DNA of 64,000 nucleotides. It comes from Candidatus Eiseniibacteriota bacterium. Its GTDB lineage: Bacteria > Eisenbacteria > RBG-16-71-46 > CAVPCR01. Numbering within the stretch: position 1 is the first letter of the stretch; each line of letters opens with the position of its first letter. Location of the stretch: NCBI GenBank assembly GCA_963823555.1, contig CAWGMA010000004.1, positions 64,001 through 128,000 on the forward strand. The letters run 5' to 3'. The position numbers and the translations under genes were made by a program. Below the pieces are notes generated by a model. The model saw nothing but the letters and a program-made list of their open reading frames with translations, searched no databases and was not told where the DNA came from. Of the stretch, positions 20,701 through 30,123 are shown one piece after another.

Positions 20701-20778
20701 CATCGCTGCCCAGAGCACCAGAGTCAGGGCGACGACAGCGCCAGCAGTTGCAGATCTCGATTCCCATCGTGTCGACAT
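17749..20778 (-). CDS. Secreted M36/M4-like zinc metallopeptidase with propeptide and C-terminal FlgD-Ig domain
   Basis: Signal peptide, FTP-like propeptide, HELGH and EGFGD, C-terminal NRPNPFNP...IYDTSGRLVR...SGVYYYR. Confidence 0.85.
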   Translation of the reverse strand: MSTRWESRSATAGAVVALTLVLWAAMAPIASAKTPPTPAAVTTIGAEESEEPSFERDGMRISRLTGVPLAIYGPSVELAPADPETMARQYLSDHRELLHLRHEDLSDLAHRHTWASPLGHTVRFDQEVSGVPVYKGEIAITIDHQNRVIFVANGYKPGVPATMGAPALSAEEARTRARNHLQVSGAVDHEETRLVLYPTAGEWRLAYRVALVPSTSPVGDWEIIADASTGEILKAVDNAHYVDGAGNIFDPDPLSSAGATYGDPGYVDGNDANTPQLQAELVNAVLRDITLNAGTYTLKGPWAEIIDFESPFYGLFSEASPTWNYNRFDNAFEAALVYWHIDNIMRWVNITLGLNIHPFQYPGGVQFDPHGLSGADNSHYIGSTGRVAFGEGGVDDSEDADVVIHELGHGLHDWVTNGSLSQVNGLSEGFGDYIAASYSRSLGQWLPNQPAYHYVFSWDGHNPFWAGRVTNYGATYPGGLVGQIHTDGQIWSTCLMRIWDAIGREKTDKACLAGLGMTNSSSSQNDAANAMLQAAIALNYSQSELSAMVSNFQQTGYSVGTPANIVAAPLVFNFSLPPNGTSTQQLTIENQTDPLFGADLTWSITDIEPLPFTNGNSVVVAAQGGTSYPDLDLAKGEADPRLGPPTASDFGGPDAFGYVWIDSNDPGGPVFDWQDITGVGTAITLTDDGSISIPLPFTFPFYGQNKTSVLLSANGYMTFGTSGGVYTNSGIPNSGAPNDLIAGFWDDLNPALGGTIHRYHDAVGNRFIVQFTNIQHFGGSAPYTFQMILTPDGDILCQYLTMSGPLTEATIGIENPAGTVGLQVVFNGPYVQNNLALLFTRLGECPWLSENPTSGTVPPQSSQVIDITADATGLTPGTYNCDLILTSNDPDQGSLTIPVTLVVNAGSAVEDQAASPQRFQLHANRPNPFNPMTTIRYELPTAETVRLAIYDTSGRLVRVLVDGARQEAGVHTASWDGRDALGKDLASGVYYYRVNAGSFSATRSAVLMR

Positions 20779-20864
20779 CAACGAATTTCCTCGGGTCTTG
20801 GGGTGAGCGGGGTGGACGCGGGACCGGGATCGCCGCGCCGGGATCATGGGGCAAGTAACTATTT

Positions 20865-20894
20865 ATTAGACAACATCTTGGCGGCGTCTGTCAA
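20865..20894 (-). promoter_or_regulatory. Putative sigma70 promoter
   Basis: Minus strand TTGACA-18 nt-TCTAAT in an AT-rich patch upstream of the peptidase. Confidence 0.5.
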
Positions 20895-20929
20895 GTTCGG
20901 AATGGGAGCCAGGGCAACCCCTCGCGCCG

Positions 20930-23674
20930 CTAGGGCAGCTTGACGACGCGGATCGCGCTCTGCTCGCCCCGATTCTCGAGGCGGAGCCAGTAGACGCCAG
21001 GGGCCACGGGCCGCCCGCCGGCGCTCTTCCCGTCCCACGTGAAGGATTGCCATCCAGCCGGGTGATCCCCCACCGGGAGCGATCGCACCAGCCGGCCATC
21101 CACATCATAGACCCGGAGGGTGGTCCGGCTCGAAGCGGAGGGCAGGAAGGCCTCGACCGCGGTCGCCGTCGAGAAGGGGTTGGGGGAGGCGCGTCCGAGC
21201 ACGAGCCGCGCCGGGGATGCCGGTTGGGAGGCGGCGATCCCCGCGCTCGCCCCGGTGAGCCCCTCGATCACGAGGTCGTCGACTCCGGCTTCGACCAGGG
21301 TCTGCGTTCCGTAATCCGAGGCCGTGAAGCGGAGCTGCATGCGATCGGTGTAGGGCAGCTCCTCGCGCAGGAGCTCCTCCTTCACGAATCGCCACTCCGG
21401 CTCGTCGGATGTGATGGCGAAGAGCGGATGCCAGCTCCCTCCCGCATCGTTCGAGACATCGATCCGGAACACGTCATCACCGGGGAAGCGCGACCAGATA
21501 TAGGCGGAGATCCGTACATAGCTCTCGGCGCTCAGGTCGAAGAGCGGCGAGAAGAGCGTGGTGCGCCCACCATCGACATCCCCAGCCGAGGCGTTGGCTC
21601 CGGGTCCCGGGTTCCCGGTGACGAAGGCGTGCGTGCCTGGGGACGGCGTGTGATCGTCCTCGGGAGCGACGATGAAGCTCCCGATCACCGTGCCGTAGGG
21701 ATCATCATGCACCCAGAACCCGGAGGTGGCATCGTCGTCCGGGGCTCCGGCGGTCCAGCCGACGGCGGTCTCGAGGTCGTTCGTCAGGATCGGCACCATG
21801 GTGCCGACCACGAACAGGAACGGATCCGCTTCGCCGCCCGCCGGGAGCGCCGCATCCGGCCCGTTCAGCGCATCGGCCACGAGGTAGTAGCGGATGTAGC
21901 TGCCGGCCGCCTGCGCCGGGATCTCCCCTTGCCACTCGTTCGGGTTCCCGCTCGGCGTCATCGGCGCGGTCAGGAACGGCCCGCCCGAGACGCTGTAGTG
22001 GATGGTCATGGCCACGACGCTCTCGGGCAACAGGGCCGGAGTGGCGATGGCGACCACGGGATACGGATTCGTCTCGTCGGTCGTGTCGGCCAGAGGCTCG
22101 TGCTCGAGGGTGACACGGTAGAAGACATCGATGATCTGCCCGAGGTCGGGCAGGACACCGATCGGCTTCGAAAGCGGCTCACCCTGCGGGGTGCCGTTCA
22201 TGGCAAGGATGGCGCGCAATGTGAGCGGATCGATGGTGAGTCCGAACATCTGCTGGCAGAGGTTCTGGGTCACGGCGGCGGCACCGGTGATGATCGGCGA
22301 TGCGCTCGAGGTGCCGGAGAAGGTGCCGGTATAGAGCTGGTCGGGATCGCCTGGATTGAAGAGCCCGCCGTAGCCGGTGGTGGCGACCGAGCTGCCGAAG
22401 CCGTGGGCGTCGATCCGGGTTCCGTGATTGGTCCAGCACTCGGGAATGTGGGTTCCGGGCGCGGCGGCGCCGACCATGATCGCCCCCGAATCCCGGATGG
22501 CGCGGTTGAAGAGCCCGTTGTACTGCGGGCCATCGAGGTTCATCGATCCATTGCCGCCGGCCTCGACCACGATGATCCCCGCTGCGGTGTGGGTCTGGAT
22601 GGCGTCGAAGTTCGCCTGCTCCCACTCCATGGGCACGTATTCGAACTGGCTGCAGTTGCAGGGACAGGTCTGGCCGCTGGGTGGTCCCGGCATGTGGTAC
22701 TCGATGAGGTACATCTCGCCGGGCTCGAGATGGCTCGCGGCGAGATCGAAGGCGCCGGCCACCGAGCCGGCGTTCCCGCCGTTGACCATGCGCGCCGTGA
22801 TGCCGTGGGCGATCCCGGTGATGCCGAACGGCCCATCGCAGCCCACCACCTCGCCGAGCACCGCCGTCCCGTGATGGTTGTCCGGAGCTGAAGGTGGGTT
22901 GAGGATGGCCACATCCCCGAGATCCTCGTGGGTCACGTTCCATCCGTTCTCGATGTCGACGAACCAGTAGTCGGGGACACCGCGCCCCGAGGGATGGAAG
23001 TCCCAGGCGGCGAACGCGTCCACGCCGGCGGGTGCGGGCTCGAGGTAGAACTGGTTGCCGACGAAGCTCGGCGTCGTGGGCAGGATGTCGGTGCAAGCCA
23101 GGGCCGGGATGCCCTCGAAGTAGGCGGTCTCGACGCAGTCGAGGGCGAGCCAGCTCGCCGCCACGGACTCGGTGTCGACGCCGGGGGTCAGGTAGACGAG
23201 ATAGTAGTTGTTGAGATCGGCCAGTTCCGTCCCGGAGCGCGCCCTCGCGAAGGCGCGGTCGCGGTCGAGATCCGACTCGGAGCGGGTGAAGAGGCGTTCG
23301 ATGCGATCGATGCTGGTGGCCCTGGTCGCCAGCTCGAGGCCGGGGAGCGGTCGGCCCTGCGTCTCGACGAGAGCGCCGTCGCGGAGCCGGACCCGGAGCC
23401 CCTCGGCGAACTTGAGGACGAAGCGATCGCGCCGCTGGTTCGGTCTCGGGGCGAGATCGACGAGGGCCTTGGGCAGGACGGCGCGCTTGAGCGTCGAGGG
23501 CGGAACCTGCGCCATGAGCGGATCGAGCGGATCGTGGATGGCGCGCACCTTCTCGGCGAAGGGTCGCGGCTGCCGTGAGCCGGCCGTCGCCGGCGAGGCG
23601 AGGGCGAGACCACCGATCATGAAGGCGGCGAGCAAGGGGGCGGCCACGGACCAGGTGGGCAGGCAATGGCGCAT
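20930..23674 (-). CDS. Secreted S8 (subtilisin-like) serine peptidase with FlgD-Ig C-terminus
   Basis: Triad segments VDIENG, HHGTAVLG and GTSSASP; AGGNG oxyanion motif; PNPF...YDVDGRLVR..PGVYW; GGAGG RBS. Confidence 0.87.
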   Translation of the reverse strand: MRHCLPTWSVAAPLLAAFMIGGLALASPATAGSRQPRPFAEKVRAIHDPLDPLMAQVPPSTLKRAVLPKALVDLAPRPNQRRDRFVLKFAEGLRVRLRDGALVETQGRPLPGLELATRATSIDRIERLFTRSESDLDRDRAFARARSGTELADLNNYYLVYLTPGVDTESVAASWLALDCVETAYFEGIPALACTDILPTTPSFVGNQFYLEPAPAGVDAFAAWDFHPSGRGVPDYWFVDIENGWNVTHEDLGDVAILNPPSAPDNHHGTAVLGEVVGCDGPFGITGIAHGITARMVNGGNAGSVAGAFDLAASHLEPGEMYLIEYHMPGPPSGQTCPCNCSQFEYVPMEWEQANFDAIQTHTAAGIIVVEAGGNGSMNLDGPQYNGLFNRAIRDSGAIMVGAAAPGTHIPECWTNHGTRIDAHGFGSSVATTGYGGLFNPGDPDQLYTGTFSGTSSASPIITGAAAVTQNLCQQMFGLTIDPLTLRAILAMNGTPQGEPLSKPIGVLPDLGQIIDVFYRVTLEHEPLADTTDETNPYPVVAIATPALLPESVVAMTIHYSVSGGPFLTAPMTPSGNPNEWQGEIPAQAAGSYIRYYLVADALNGPDAALPAGGEADPFLFVVGTMVPILTNDLETAVGWTAGAPDDDATSGFWVHDDPYGTVIGSFIVAPEDDHTPSPGTHAFVTGNPGPGANASAGDVDGGRTTLFSPLFDLSAESYVRISAYIWSRFPGDDVFRIDVSNDAGGSWHPLFAITSDEPEWRFVKEELLREELPYTDRMQLRFTASDYGTQTLVEAGVDDLVIEGLTGASAGIAASQPASPARLVLGRASPNPFSTATAVEAFLPSASSRTTLRVYDVDGRLVRSLPVGDHPAGWQSFTWDGKSAGGRPVAPGVYWLRLENRGEQSAIRVVKLP

Positions 23675-23746
23675 CGGACTCCTCCAGGCAAGACGTGTCA
23701 CCACGATAATGGTAGCACGAGCCCTGGCAGAGCGATGCATGAAGTG

Positions 23747-23784
23747 GCGGAGCCCGGAAGGTGAATTCACCCTCCGGGCTCCGC
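23747..23784. repeat. Near-perfect 38-bp palindrome (hairpin, possible terminator)
   Basis: GCGGAGCCCGGAAGGTGAA/TTCACCCTCCGGGCTCCGC with one mismatch. Confidence 0.8.
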
Positions 23785-23854
23785 GATCGTTCAGCCCTGC
23801 CCTTCCGGGACGTCACTGTTGCCTGTTCGCGATCGCCCCGGCGATGCGGGGAGC

Positions 23855-24601
23855 CTACCGGGCGAAGGTCGACTTCACCTGGCCCCAGGTTGCCGGCTCC
23901 ACGGCCACCGGGCCGCCGCAGGCCCAGACCGCGATGTTGTTCGCGAGCTGCGTGTTGTCGGCGTTGCCGATGAAGCCATCGGTGAACATGTTGTGGTCGC
24001 CGGTGACGAGGATGCGCCCCGCGTACGGGAAGCCCGTTGCCGCCTCGAGAACGACCATGAAGGTGTTGTTCGAGGCGTCGACGCCGAGGAGCTGCGCGTC
24101 TCCACCGTAGTTGAAGGTTGCGTTCGTGTTGTAGAAGAAGCTCGTCACGCTTTGAGTGATGGGGTGCGCGGATGAGATCGAGCCGTTGCCGACGCCGCCC
24201 ACCGACGTGTATCCGGTGACGCCGTAGAAGGCTGTGAAGGACTCGTAGGCCGGGAGCGGGAAGATGTCCGCGGTCACGATGAGCGTGCCGCCGCCGGTGA
24301 TCCAGGCCTGGAGCGCCGCCTGCTCGGCCGCCGAGAGGGTGCCGGTCGACTGGCTGAGAAGTGATGTGTAGAAGATGTCAACGCCGCTCAGGTAGGCGGC
24401 CGTGAGCGTCGGGGTGGCAGCGGCGACGGTCCCGCTGTTCGAAGTGATGATGGAGCGCAGGACCGAATGCGCGTTTCCGGTCAGCGGACCGTCGGCGTAG
24501 TTGATGCGCGTTCCATCGAAGCTACCCCATCGACACTGGGCGGCGGCGAGGGATGGCAGAACGAGAAGGGCGCAGAGTGCGATAACAAACCAGGACTTCA
24601 C
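23855..24601 (-). CDS. Secreted hypothetical protein (GATase/DUF4350-like) with C-terminal TWGxVK motif
   Basis: GGAGG RBS, GTG start, signal peptide; ALQAWITGGGTLIV, GRILVTGDHNMF; ends AVEPATWGQVKSTFAR. Confidence 0.7.
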   Translation of the reverse strand: MKSWFVIALCALLVLPSLAAAQCRWGSFDGTRINYADGPLTGNAHSVLRSIITSNSGTVAAATPTLTAAYLSGVDIFYTSLLSQSTGTLSAAEQAALQAWITGGGTLIVTADIFPLPAYESFTAFYGVTGYTSVGGVGNGSISSAHPITQSVTSFFYNTNATFNYGGDAQLLGVDASNNTFMVVLEAATGFPYAGRILVTGDHNMFTDGFIGNADNTQLANNIAVWACGGPVAVEPATWGQVKSTFAR

Positions 24602-24789
24602 GGTGAACCTCCATGTTGTTCTGATGTCAGAACCGGGACGATCCGGCCACTGGAGCACGGATGGCTCGATGGGAAGTGACCGGAGCTGAAAGATCATAGC
24701 AGCCGTCAGGCCAGGCGCCAATCGTGTGAGTGAATGGAAGCTCACTCCGCGATGCGGAAAGATCTCGATGTCGAACGCGAGGCATCGGC

Positions 24790-26133
24790 TCAGCGGCCGT
24801 ATGCGGTCTTTCCTGGAGGCGGGGTCGCGCCGTGAATCGTGGCCTCGTAGGCCTTCGCGGGCTGGATGGCAACGGCGCCGGCGTCGTGCCACGAGCGCTC
24901 GAACGTGGTCATCACGGCCGCCGCGAGCGGTCGGTTCCAGAGCGTGATCGAGAGGTTCCGTGAGGCGAGCCAGTAGCTCGGATCCCAGTTCGACGTGCCG
25001 ATCCACACCGCCTCACCGTCGACGACCATGAACTTGCAGTGCTGGACCCGGGCGAAGGGGATGTAGCCGCCACTCCACTCGGGGATCGTGATCATCTTGA
25101 CCTCGATGTTCGGCACCCGGGTGAGGCTCTGCGTGGCCGCCATCCCCTTGCCGCCCGCCTGCCAGTCGGAGACCAGGAGCCGCACGCGCACGCCGCGCGC
25201 CGCGGCGCGCCGGAGCGCGTCGTCGATCGAGGGGTCGTGCCGGCCGCGGGATTCGATGGCGTAGCTGAGGAGCTTGATCGACACCTCGCGCCGGGCGTCG
25301 TCGATGAGGTTCATGATCCGGGTGTGATCCCAGTGGGTCGAGTCGGGGCTGAACGCGAGCGGCGACCAGGCCGGGGCCACCCACACCGTGTCGCCGGGGC
25401 TCGCCACGATCGCGAAGGGAGCGCCGGCGGCGGCGTCCCGGGCGCGGGTCTTCGCCGCGGCGACCTCCTGCTCGCGCGCCGCCGCGGTGGTCAGCGTGTC
25501 CGCGGCCGCCCAGTCCATGGCGAAGATCCCGGCGAACGCCGTTGCCAGCCGCGGATCGCGCACACGGACGCCCATCTCGTGGATGTGCTCGAGCGCGCGC
25601 CAGTCGAGGTTCTGGCTGCCGACATAGACCTCGCGCTCGTCGACGAGGATCATCTTGGCGTGTTGCACCCCACCGGCGAGATCCTTGAAGTCGACAAGCC
25701 TCACCTCGATCCCCGGTATCCGTCCGAGCGAGTCGGCGGGAGAGGGATAGGTCCGGGCCATGCCGCGGTCGAGGAGGATGCGCACACGGACGCCGCGCGC
25801 CGCCGCGGCACCGATCGCATCGAGCACGGGTGCGAGGGGTTCGCCGGGCCAGTGCGCCAGGTAGAACTGCTCGAAGTCGAGGCTCTCCTCGGCGCCCGCG
25901 ATCATGTCGAGCCAGACATCGAGCGCCGAGGGCAGCGCCGGGTTCCCGAGCGTGGTCTCGACCGGTCGCGTCTCGGCGAGCTCGACGAGCGTCGAGGTGC
26001 CCGCGGGTGCCGGGGCGAGCTCGCCCGGCGGCGGCGCGAGGGCCACGGTCGCGGCGAGATGGAGCGCAAGCGCCGTGGTGACCAGTGCTGCTACGGCGCT
26101 CGTGCCTGGCCGGCGGCGAGGTCGGGCAGGCAT
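24790..26133 (-). CDS. Phospholipase D family protein
   Basis: Two HKD motifs: HAKMILVD..GSQN and HCKFMVVD..GTSN. Confidence 0.88.
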   Translation of the reverse strand: MPARPRRRPGTSAVAALVTTALALHLAATVALAPPPGELAPAPAGTSTLVELAETRPVETTLGNPALPSALDVWLDMIAGAEESLDFEQFYLAHWPGEPLAPVLDAIGAAAARGVRVRILLDRGMARTYPSPADSLGRIPGIEVRLVDFKDLAGGVQHAKMILVDEREVYVGSQNLDWRALEHIHEMGVRVRDPRLATAFAGIFAMDWAAADTLTTAAAREQEVAAAKTRARDAAAGAPFAIVASPGDTVWVAPAWSPLAFSPDSTHWDHTRIMNLIDDARREVSIKLLSYAIESRGRHDPSIDDALRRAAARGVRVRLLVSDWQAGGKGMAATQSLTRVPNIEVKMITIPEWSGGYIPFARVQHCKFMVVDGEAVWIGTSNWDPSYWLASRNLSITLWNRPLAAAVMTTFERSWHDAGAVAIQPAKAYEATIHGATPPPGKTAYGR

Positions 26134-26138
26134 CGGTC

Positions 26139-28544
26139 TCAAACCTCCTGCTCGAGGAAGTAGTTGAAGTCCTCCGCTTCCTCGGCGTGGAGGAGCTCGA
26201 AGGCGTCGGCCGCGGTGCGGGAGTTGTAGAGCTGCTGCTGGATCTCGCGATCGCCGCCGATGGCGCGGGCCAGCGCGGCCAGGACCTCCAGGTGCCGGTC
26301 GCGCTCCGCGGGGGGCGTGGCCAGGACCACCATGCAGTGAATGGGGATGCCATCCGGGGTCGGGAACGGGAGGCCTTCGCGGCTGATCCCCATCGCCCCG
26401 ACGAGAGCGGTCCCGTCCTCGAGGAGGCCATGGGGGATCGCGAGCCCTTCCCCGATGCAGGTCGAGACTTCCCGCTCCCGCTCGATAATCGATTGGAGCA
26501 GGCCTTCGCGATCCACCTTCAGGTGGTTCGATGCGATGAGGATATCCGTGAGTCGGGAGATCGCTTCCTCGTAGGTGCCGGCCTTGAGATTGGTGATGAT
26601 GTTGTCCTCCCGGAGGAAGTCGATGAGGCGGGCACGGTCTCGACCGTAGTCGCCGCTCTTGACGAGGGCGGTGCGAGTGAGGATGGGGCCGATGATCTCA
26701 TTCATCATCACGACCGTGATGCCGATCGCCAGGATGAGGCCGTGGATCGATTCGAAGGCAGGATCTTCCTGCAACAGCAGGATGAGCCCGATGGCGAGCC
26801 CGGCCTGGGGCACGAGCGCCAGCCCCAGGTAACGGCGCAGGCTCCTGGTGGCCCCCGCCAGCCGCATGGCCAGTCCCGCGGCCGTCACCTTGCCGAGAAG
26901 CCGCATCGAGAACACGATGACCGCCAGGCCGCCGGCGGCCGCAGCGTATCCGAGATCGAGCTCCATCCCGGCCAGGGTGAAGAACACGGTGAGGATGGCG
27001 CTCTCGAAGTTGACGAAGACGCGGTGACCGATCTCCTCGCGATTGGGCGTGAGGTTAGCAAGCGTCATGCCCAGCGCCATGCAGCAGAGGAGCGAGGGTA
27101 GCTCGAGGAGGTCAGCGAACCCCGAGGCGACGAGAATGGCCAGGATGGACGCGGTGGCGAGGTGATCCGGGCGCACCATGCGCCAGGTCGCCCCGACGAG
27201 CACCGTGCCCACTCCGGCGCCGAGAGCCATGGATGCCGCCACTTGCCGGATGGGAGCGGCGAGGAGATTGGGGAGCGGGTCGCCGGGGGCGGCGTGCAGG
27301 ATCACCACGCCCGCGCCGCGGGCGATCTCGAACACGAAGATGCAGGCGATGTTGTTCAAGGCCACGGCGGCGAGCAGGGTCTTGACGAAGACGCCCTTGG
27401 ATCGCGTCTCCCTCACCAGCGCGACGATGGTGGCGGGGGCGGTGGCCACCGAGATCGCGGCGAGGAGGAGGGCGAGCGAGGAGGAGGTCCCGGGCACGAG
27501 CATGAGCGCCGAGAGGACGAGCGCGGGGGTGATCGTGACTTCCAGGAGGACGAGCAGCAAGAGGCGCTTGCGCGCGTTGCGCAGCCGGCGGAGGTTCAGG
27601 TGATTCCCTACCGTCACCGCGATCAGGCCGAGGGCGAAGTGGGTGACGGGGCGTAGATCGAGGACCGCCTGCGCCTCGAGGACGTGCAGCACCGACGGCC
27701 CGAGGAGAATGCCGACGAGGATCTGGCCGGTGATCCCCGGCACCCGTAGTCGCCGGGCCACGGCACCGCCGACGAGTCCCGCGATGAGGACGATGGCCAG
27801 CGTCAGGAGAGGGTTGGCTTCTGGTAACCAGGCCATCAGGAAACGCCCTGAATCAGTTCGCTGCGAGACTCGCGTCCGGAAGTAGAACATCTCGGCCACG
27901 GCCGACATGTCCCCGTAGCAGGTGAGCACATCTCCCGGGAACAGACACTCCTCTCCCTGCGGGATGGCGATGGTCGTCTCGCCGCGGGTGATCGACAGGA
28001 TCTGGACCTTCCGCCGCTTCAGCCTGAGCTCCAACAGGGTGTGGCCACTGAGAGCCGATCCCTCCTGCACCACGGCCCGCACCACGCCAAAACCCTCGGT
28101 GACCCGCAGCATGTTCTCGAGCGACGGCACGCGCAGATCATAACGGGCGGTCAGCCAGTGCCGGATGCTGTTGCTGATGCGCGTGGTGAGCCCCTGCCAG
28201 CTCATCAGGAGATAGATGAGGTAGATGGCGAGCAGGACCCCTCCCGTGACGAGGCCCATGCGCAGGAAGTTCTGCTGCAGCAATGAAGTGGCGAAGGTGG
28301 CGATCACCGAGACCGTCCCGGCGTGCCCGACGATGATGAGGACGGTGATGATCTTCCTGCGCACCGGGAAATGGACTGCTTCCTCCGTCTCACGGGTGGT
28401 GAAGCCGGTATTGGTGAAAGCGGAGAGCGCCTGGAAGCGGGCCTTGGTGCGGTCCATTCCGGTCAGCTCGAGGGCGATGGCCCCCGCCCGCACGCAGATG
28501 AGCGATGCGATGATGATCGCTAGAAGCAGAGCGGCGGAACCCAT
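26139..28544 (-). CDS. TrkA-C (RCK) membrane module + cation:proton antiporter + PTS IIA domain fusion
   Basis: ARFQALSAFTNTGFTT and RCK-C; multi-TM antiporter with ATAPA and PQAGLAIG; EREREVSTCIGEGLAIPHG IIA motif. Confidence 0.8.
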   Translation of the reverse strand: MGSAALLLAIIIASLICVRAGAIALELTGMDRTKARFQALSAFTNTGFTTRETEEAVHFPVRRKIITVLIIVGHAGTVSVIATFATSLLQQNFLRMGLVTGGVLLAIYLIYLLMSWQGLTTRISNSIRHWLTARYDLRVPSLENMLRVTEGFGVVRAVVQEGSALSGHTLLELRLKRRKVQILSITRGETTIAIPQGEECLFPGDVLTCYGDMSAVAEMFYFRTRVSQRTDSGRFLMAWLPEANPLLTLAIVLIAGLVGGAVARRLRVPGITGQILVGILLGPSVLHVLEAQAVLDLRPVTHFALGLIAVTVGNHLNLRRLRNARKRLLLLVLLEVTITPALVLSALMLVPGTSSSLALLLAAISVATAPATIVALVRETRSKGVFVKTLLAAVALNNIACIFVFEIARGAGVVILHAAPGDPLPNLLAAPIRQVAASMALGAGVGTVLVGATWRMVRPDHLATASILAILVASGFADLLELPSLLCCMALGMTLANLTPNREEIGHRVFVNFESAILTVFFTLAGMELDLGYAAAAGGLAVIVFSMRLLGKVTAAGLAMRLAGATRSLRRYLGLALVPQAGLAIGLILLLQEDPAFESIHGLILAIGITVVMMNEIIGPILTRTALVKSGDYGRDRARLIDFLREDNIITNLKAGTYEEAISRLTDILIASNHLKVDREGLLQSIIEREREVSTCIGEGLAIPHGLLEDGTALVGAMGISREGLPFPTPDGIPIHCMVVLATPPAERDRHLEVLAALARAIGGDREIQQQLYNSRTAADAFELLHAEEAEDFNYFLEQEV

Positions 28545-28545
28545 G

Positions 28546-30123
28546 TCACTTCGCTTTCCTCAAGATGATCACGCCGGGATCGCCGGAGTGATCCATGGAG
28601 ACGAGGAGTCTCGCGATCGCCTCGCGCATGGCCGGGTCCACATAGGCGTCGTTGTTGTACGCCCACTCGGTCATGATCACGCTGACCCGGTCGTGGGTGG
28701 CGACGAGGGTCTCGAACTCGCCCGCGTCGTAGAGCCAGCGCAGCGGGACCGTGCGTGATCCCAGCCGGCCGGTGGGTCCCTCGCCATCCTCCGGCTGCTT
28801 CTGGCGCAGGATGTAGTCGGGGAACTCCCCGGTGTAATACGCCACATGGAGCGGCCAGGGCGACATCACGAGATCCTCCGCCACCACCTCCTTCAGGACG
28901 GGAGCCACGGTCTTCCAGTTGGGGCCGTAGCCGTAGGTGAGCATGCTCTTCGACTCGCCGAGCCAGGTGGTGGTGAAGAGGAGCGGCACCGGGAGCGCCG
29001 CCAGGCACATGACGACGGCGACGGCCCGGGATCTCGTCCGCCACTCCCCGGCGATGGCGCGCACGAGCGGCCGCAGGGCGAGTTCGACCACGTAGCCCGC
29101 AGCGATGAAGAAGTAGGGGAGGAAGTAGAAGAGGTAGCGGTCCTCGACGCGTCCGGTGTAGAGGAGGACGTGGACGGCGAGAAGCGGGATGAACGAGCAG
29201 AAGACGAACCAGCCCGGCTTCCCGTGGTCTCGGATCAGGAGGACGGCGCCGAGCAGGTAGGTGAAGGTGAAAGCCGGGTAGTAGTAGAGGAAGAACCACG
29301 AGTAGAGCCGGTAGGCGGAGATGTCCGGGGCCCAGGGCGGCCGCTCGCGAGCGACGGCGAGGAGCTTCGCGGCGACACTCGGCAGCACGAGCCACACCGC
29401 CAGGCCGAGGAGGGCGAAGATCGCCAGCAGCTTCACGTACCGGGAGCGGAACATGGTCGCGTAGCCGTCGCGGAGGTTTCCGGCCGCCGCCATGAGAAGG
29501 GCGTAGGCCGCGAAGGCGAGGACCAGGTTCATCGTCAGGAGCTGGACCCAGCCGGCGAGGCCGAGGAACACGATCCCCGCGGCGATGAGGAGCCGCAAGC
29601 GTCTCCGGTTTGCCCGCGCCAGCCCCGGGAGCTCCGTCCCGGTTTTCGCCCCGCGGCCGGATTCGAGGAGCTCGAAGAGGATCGCGGCCGCTCCGAAGTA
29701 GAAGAGCTGATGGAGCCCGTACATGCGCACTTCCCGGCCCATCCTGAGCTCGTGCGGGGAGAAGGCGAGCACGATGACCACGATCAGGGCCAGGCGCACG
29801 TTGAACCAGCGGCGCACGACATAGAAGGCGAGCACCAGGAACAGGATGTTGATCGCGAGGAACGGCGCGCGGGCCGCCGCCTCGTTGTTGCCGAACCACT
29901 TGAAACCGAGGGCGGTGAGGTAGGTGACGGGGAGCGCTCGCGTGTAGCGGCCGTCGCCGTAGGCGGGGAGGTAGGGGGTTCCGGTCTCGTTGAGCGACTG
30001 CGCCGCGACGACGTGATAGAGCTCGTCGGTCCAGAAGGAGAAGGTGCCGAGCTGGTAGGCGCGGGCCCATCCCGCGCCGACGAGGACGAGGAGGAGGAGC
30101 CCGTAGGGATAGAGGCGGCGCAT
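28546..30123 (-). CDS. GT-C fold membrane glycosyltransferase (ArnT/PMT-like, family 39)
   Basis: SFWTDE, EAAARAP, REVRMY, many TM segments, DRYL. Confidence 0.75.
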   Translation of the reverse strand: MRRLYPYGLLLLVLVGAGWARAYQLGTFSFWTDELYHVVAAQSLNETGTPYLPAYGDGRYTRALPVTYLTALGFKWFGNNEAAARAPFLAINILFLVLAFYVVRRWFNVRLALIVVIVLAFSPHELRMGREVRMYGLHQLFYFGAAAILFELLESGRGAKTGTELPGLARANRRRLRLLIAAGIVFLGLAGWVQLLTMNLVLAFAAYALLMAAAGNLRDGYATMFRSRYVKLLAIFALLGLAVWLVLPSVAAKLLAVARERPPWAPDISAYRLYSWFFLYYYPAFTFTYLLGAVLLIRDHGKPGWFVFCSFIPLLAVHVLLYTGRVEDRYLFYFLPYFFIAAGYVVELALRPLVRAIAGEWRTRSRAVAVVMCLAALPVPLLFTTTWLGESKSMLTYGYGPNWKTVAPVLKEVVAEDLVMSPWPLHVAYYTGEFPDYILRQKQPEDGEGPTGRLGSRTVPLRWLYDAGEFETLVATHDRVSVIMTEWAYNNDAYVDPAMREAIARLLVSMDHSGDPGVIILRKAK

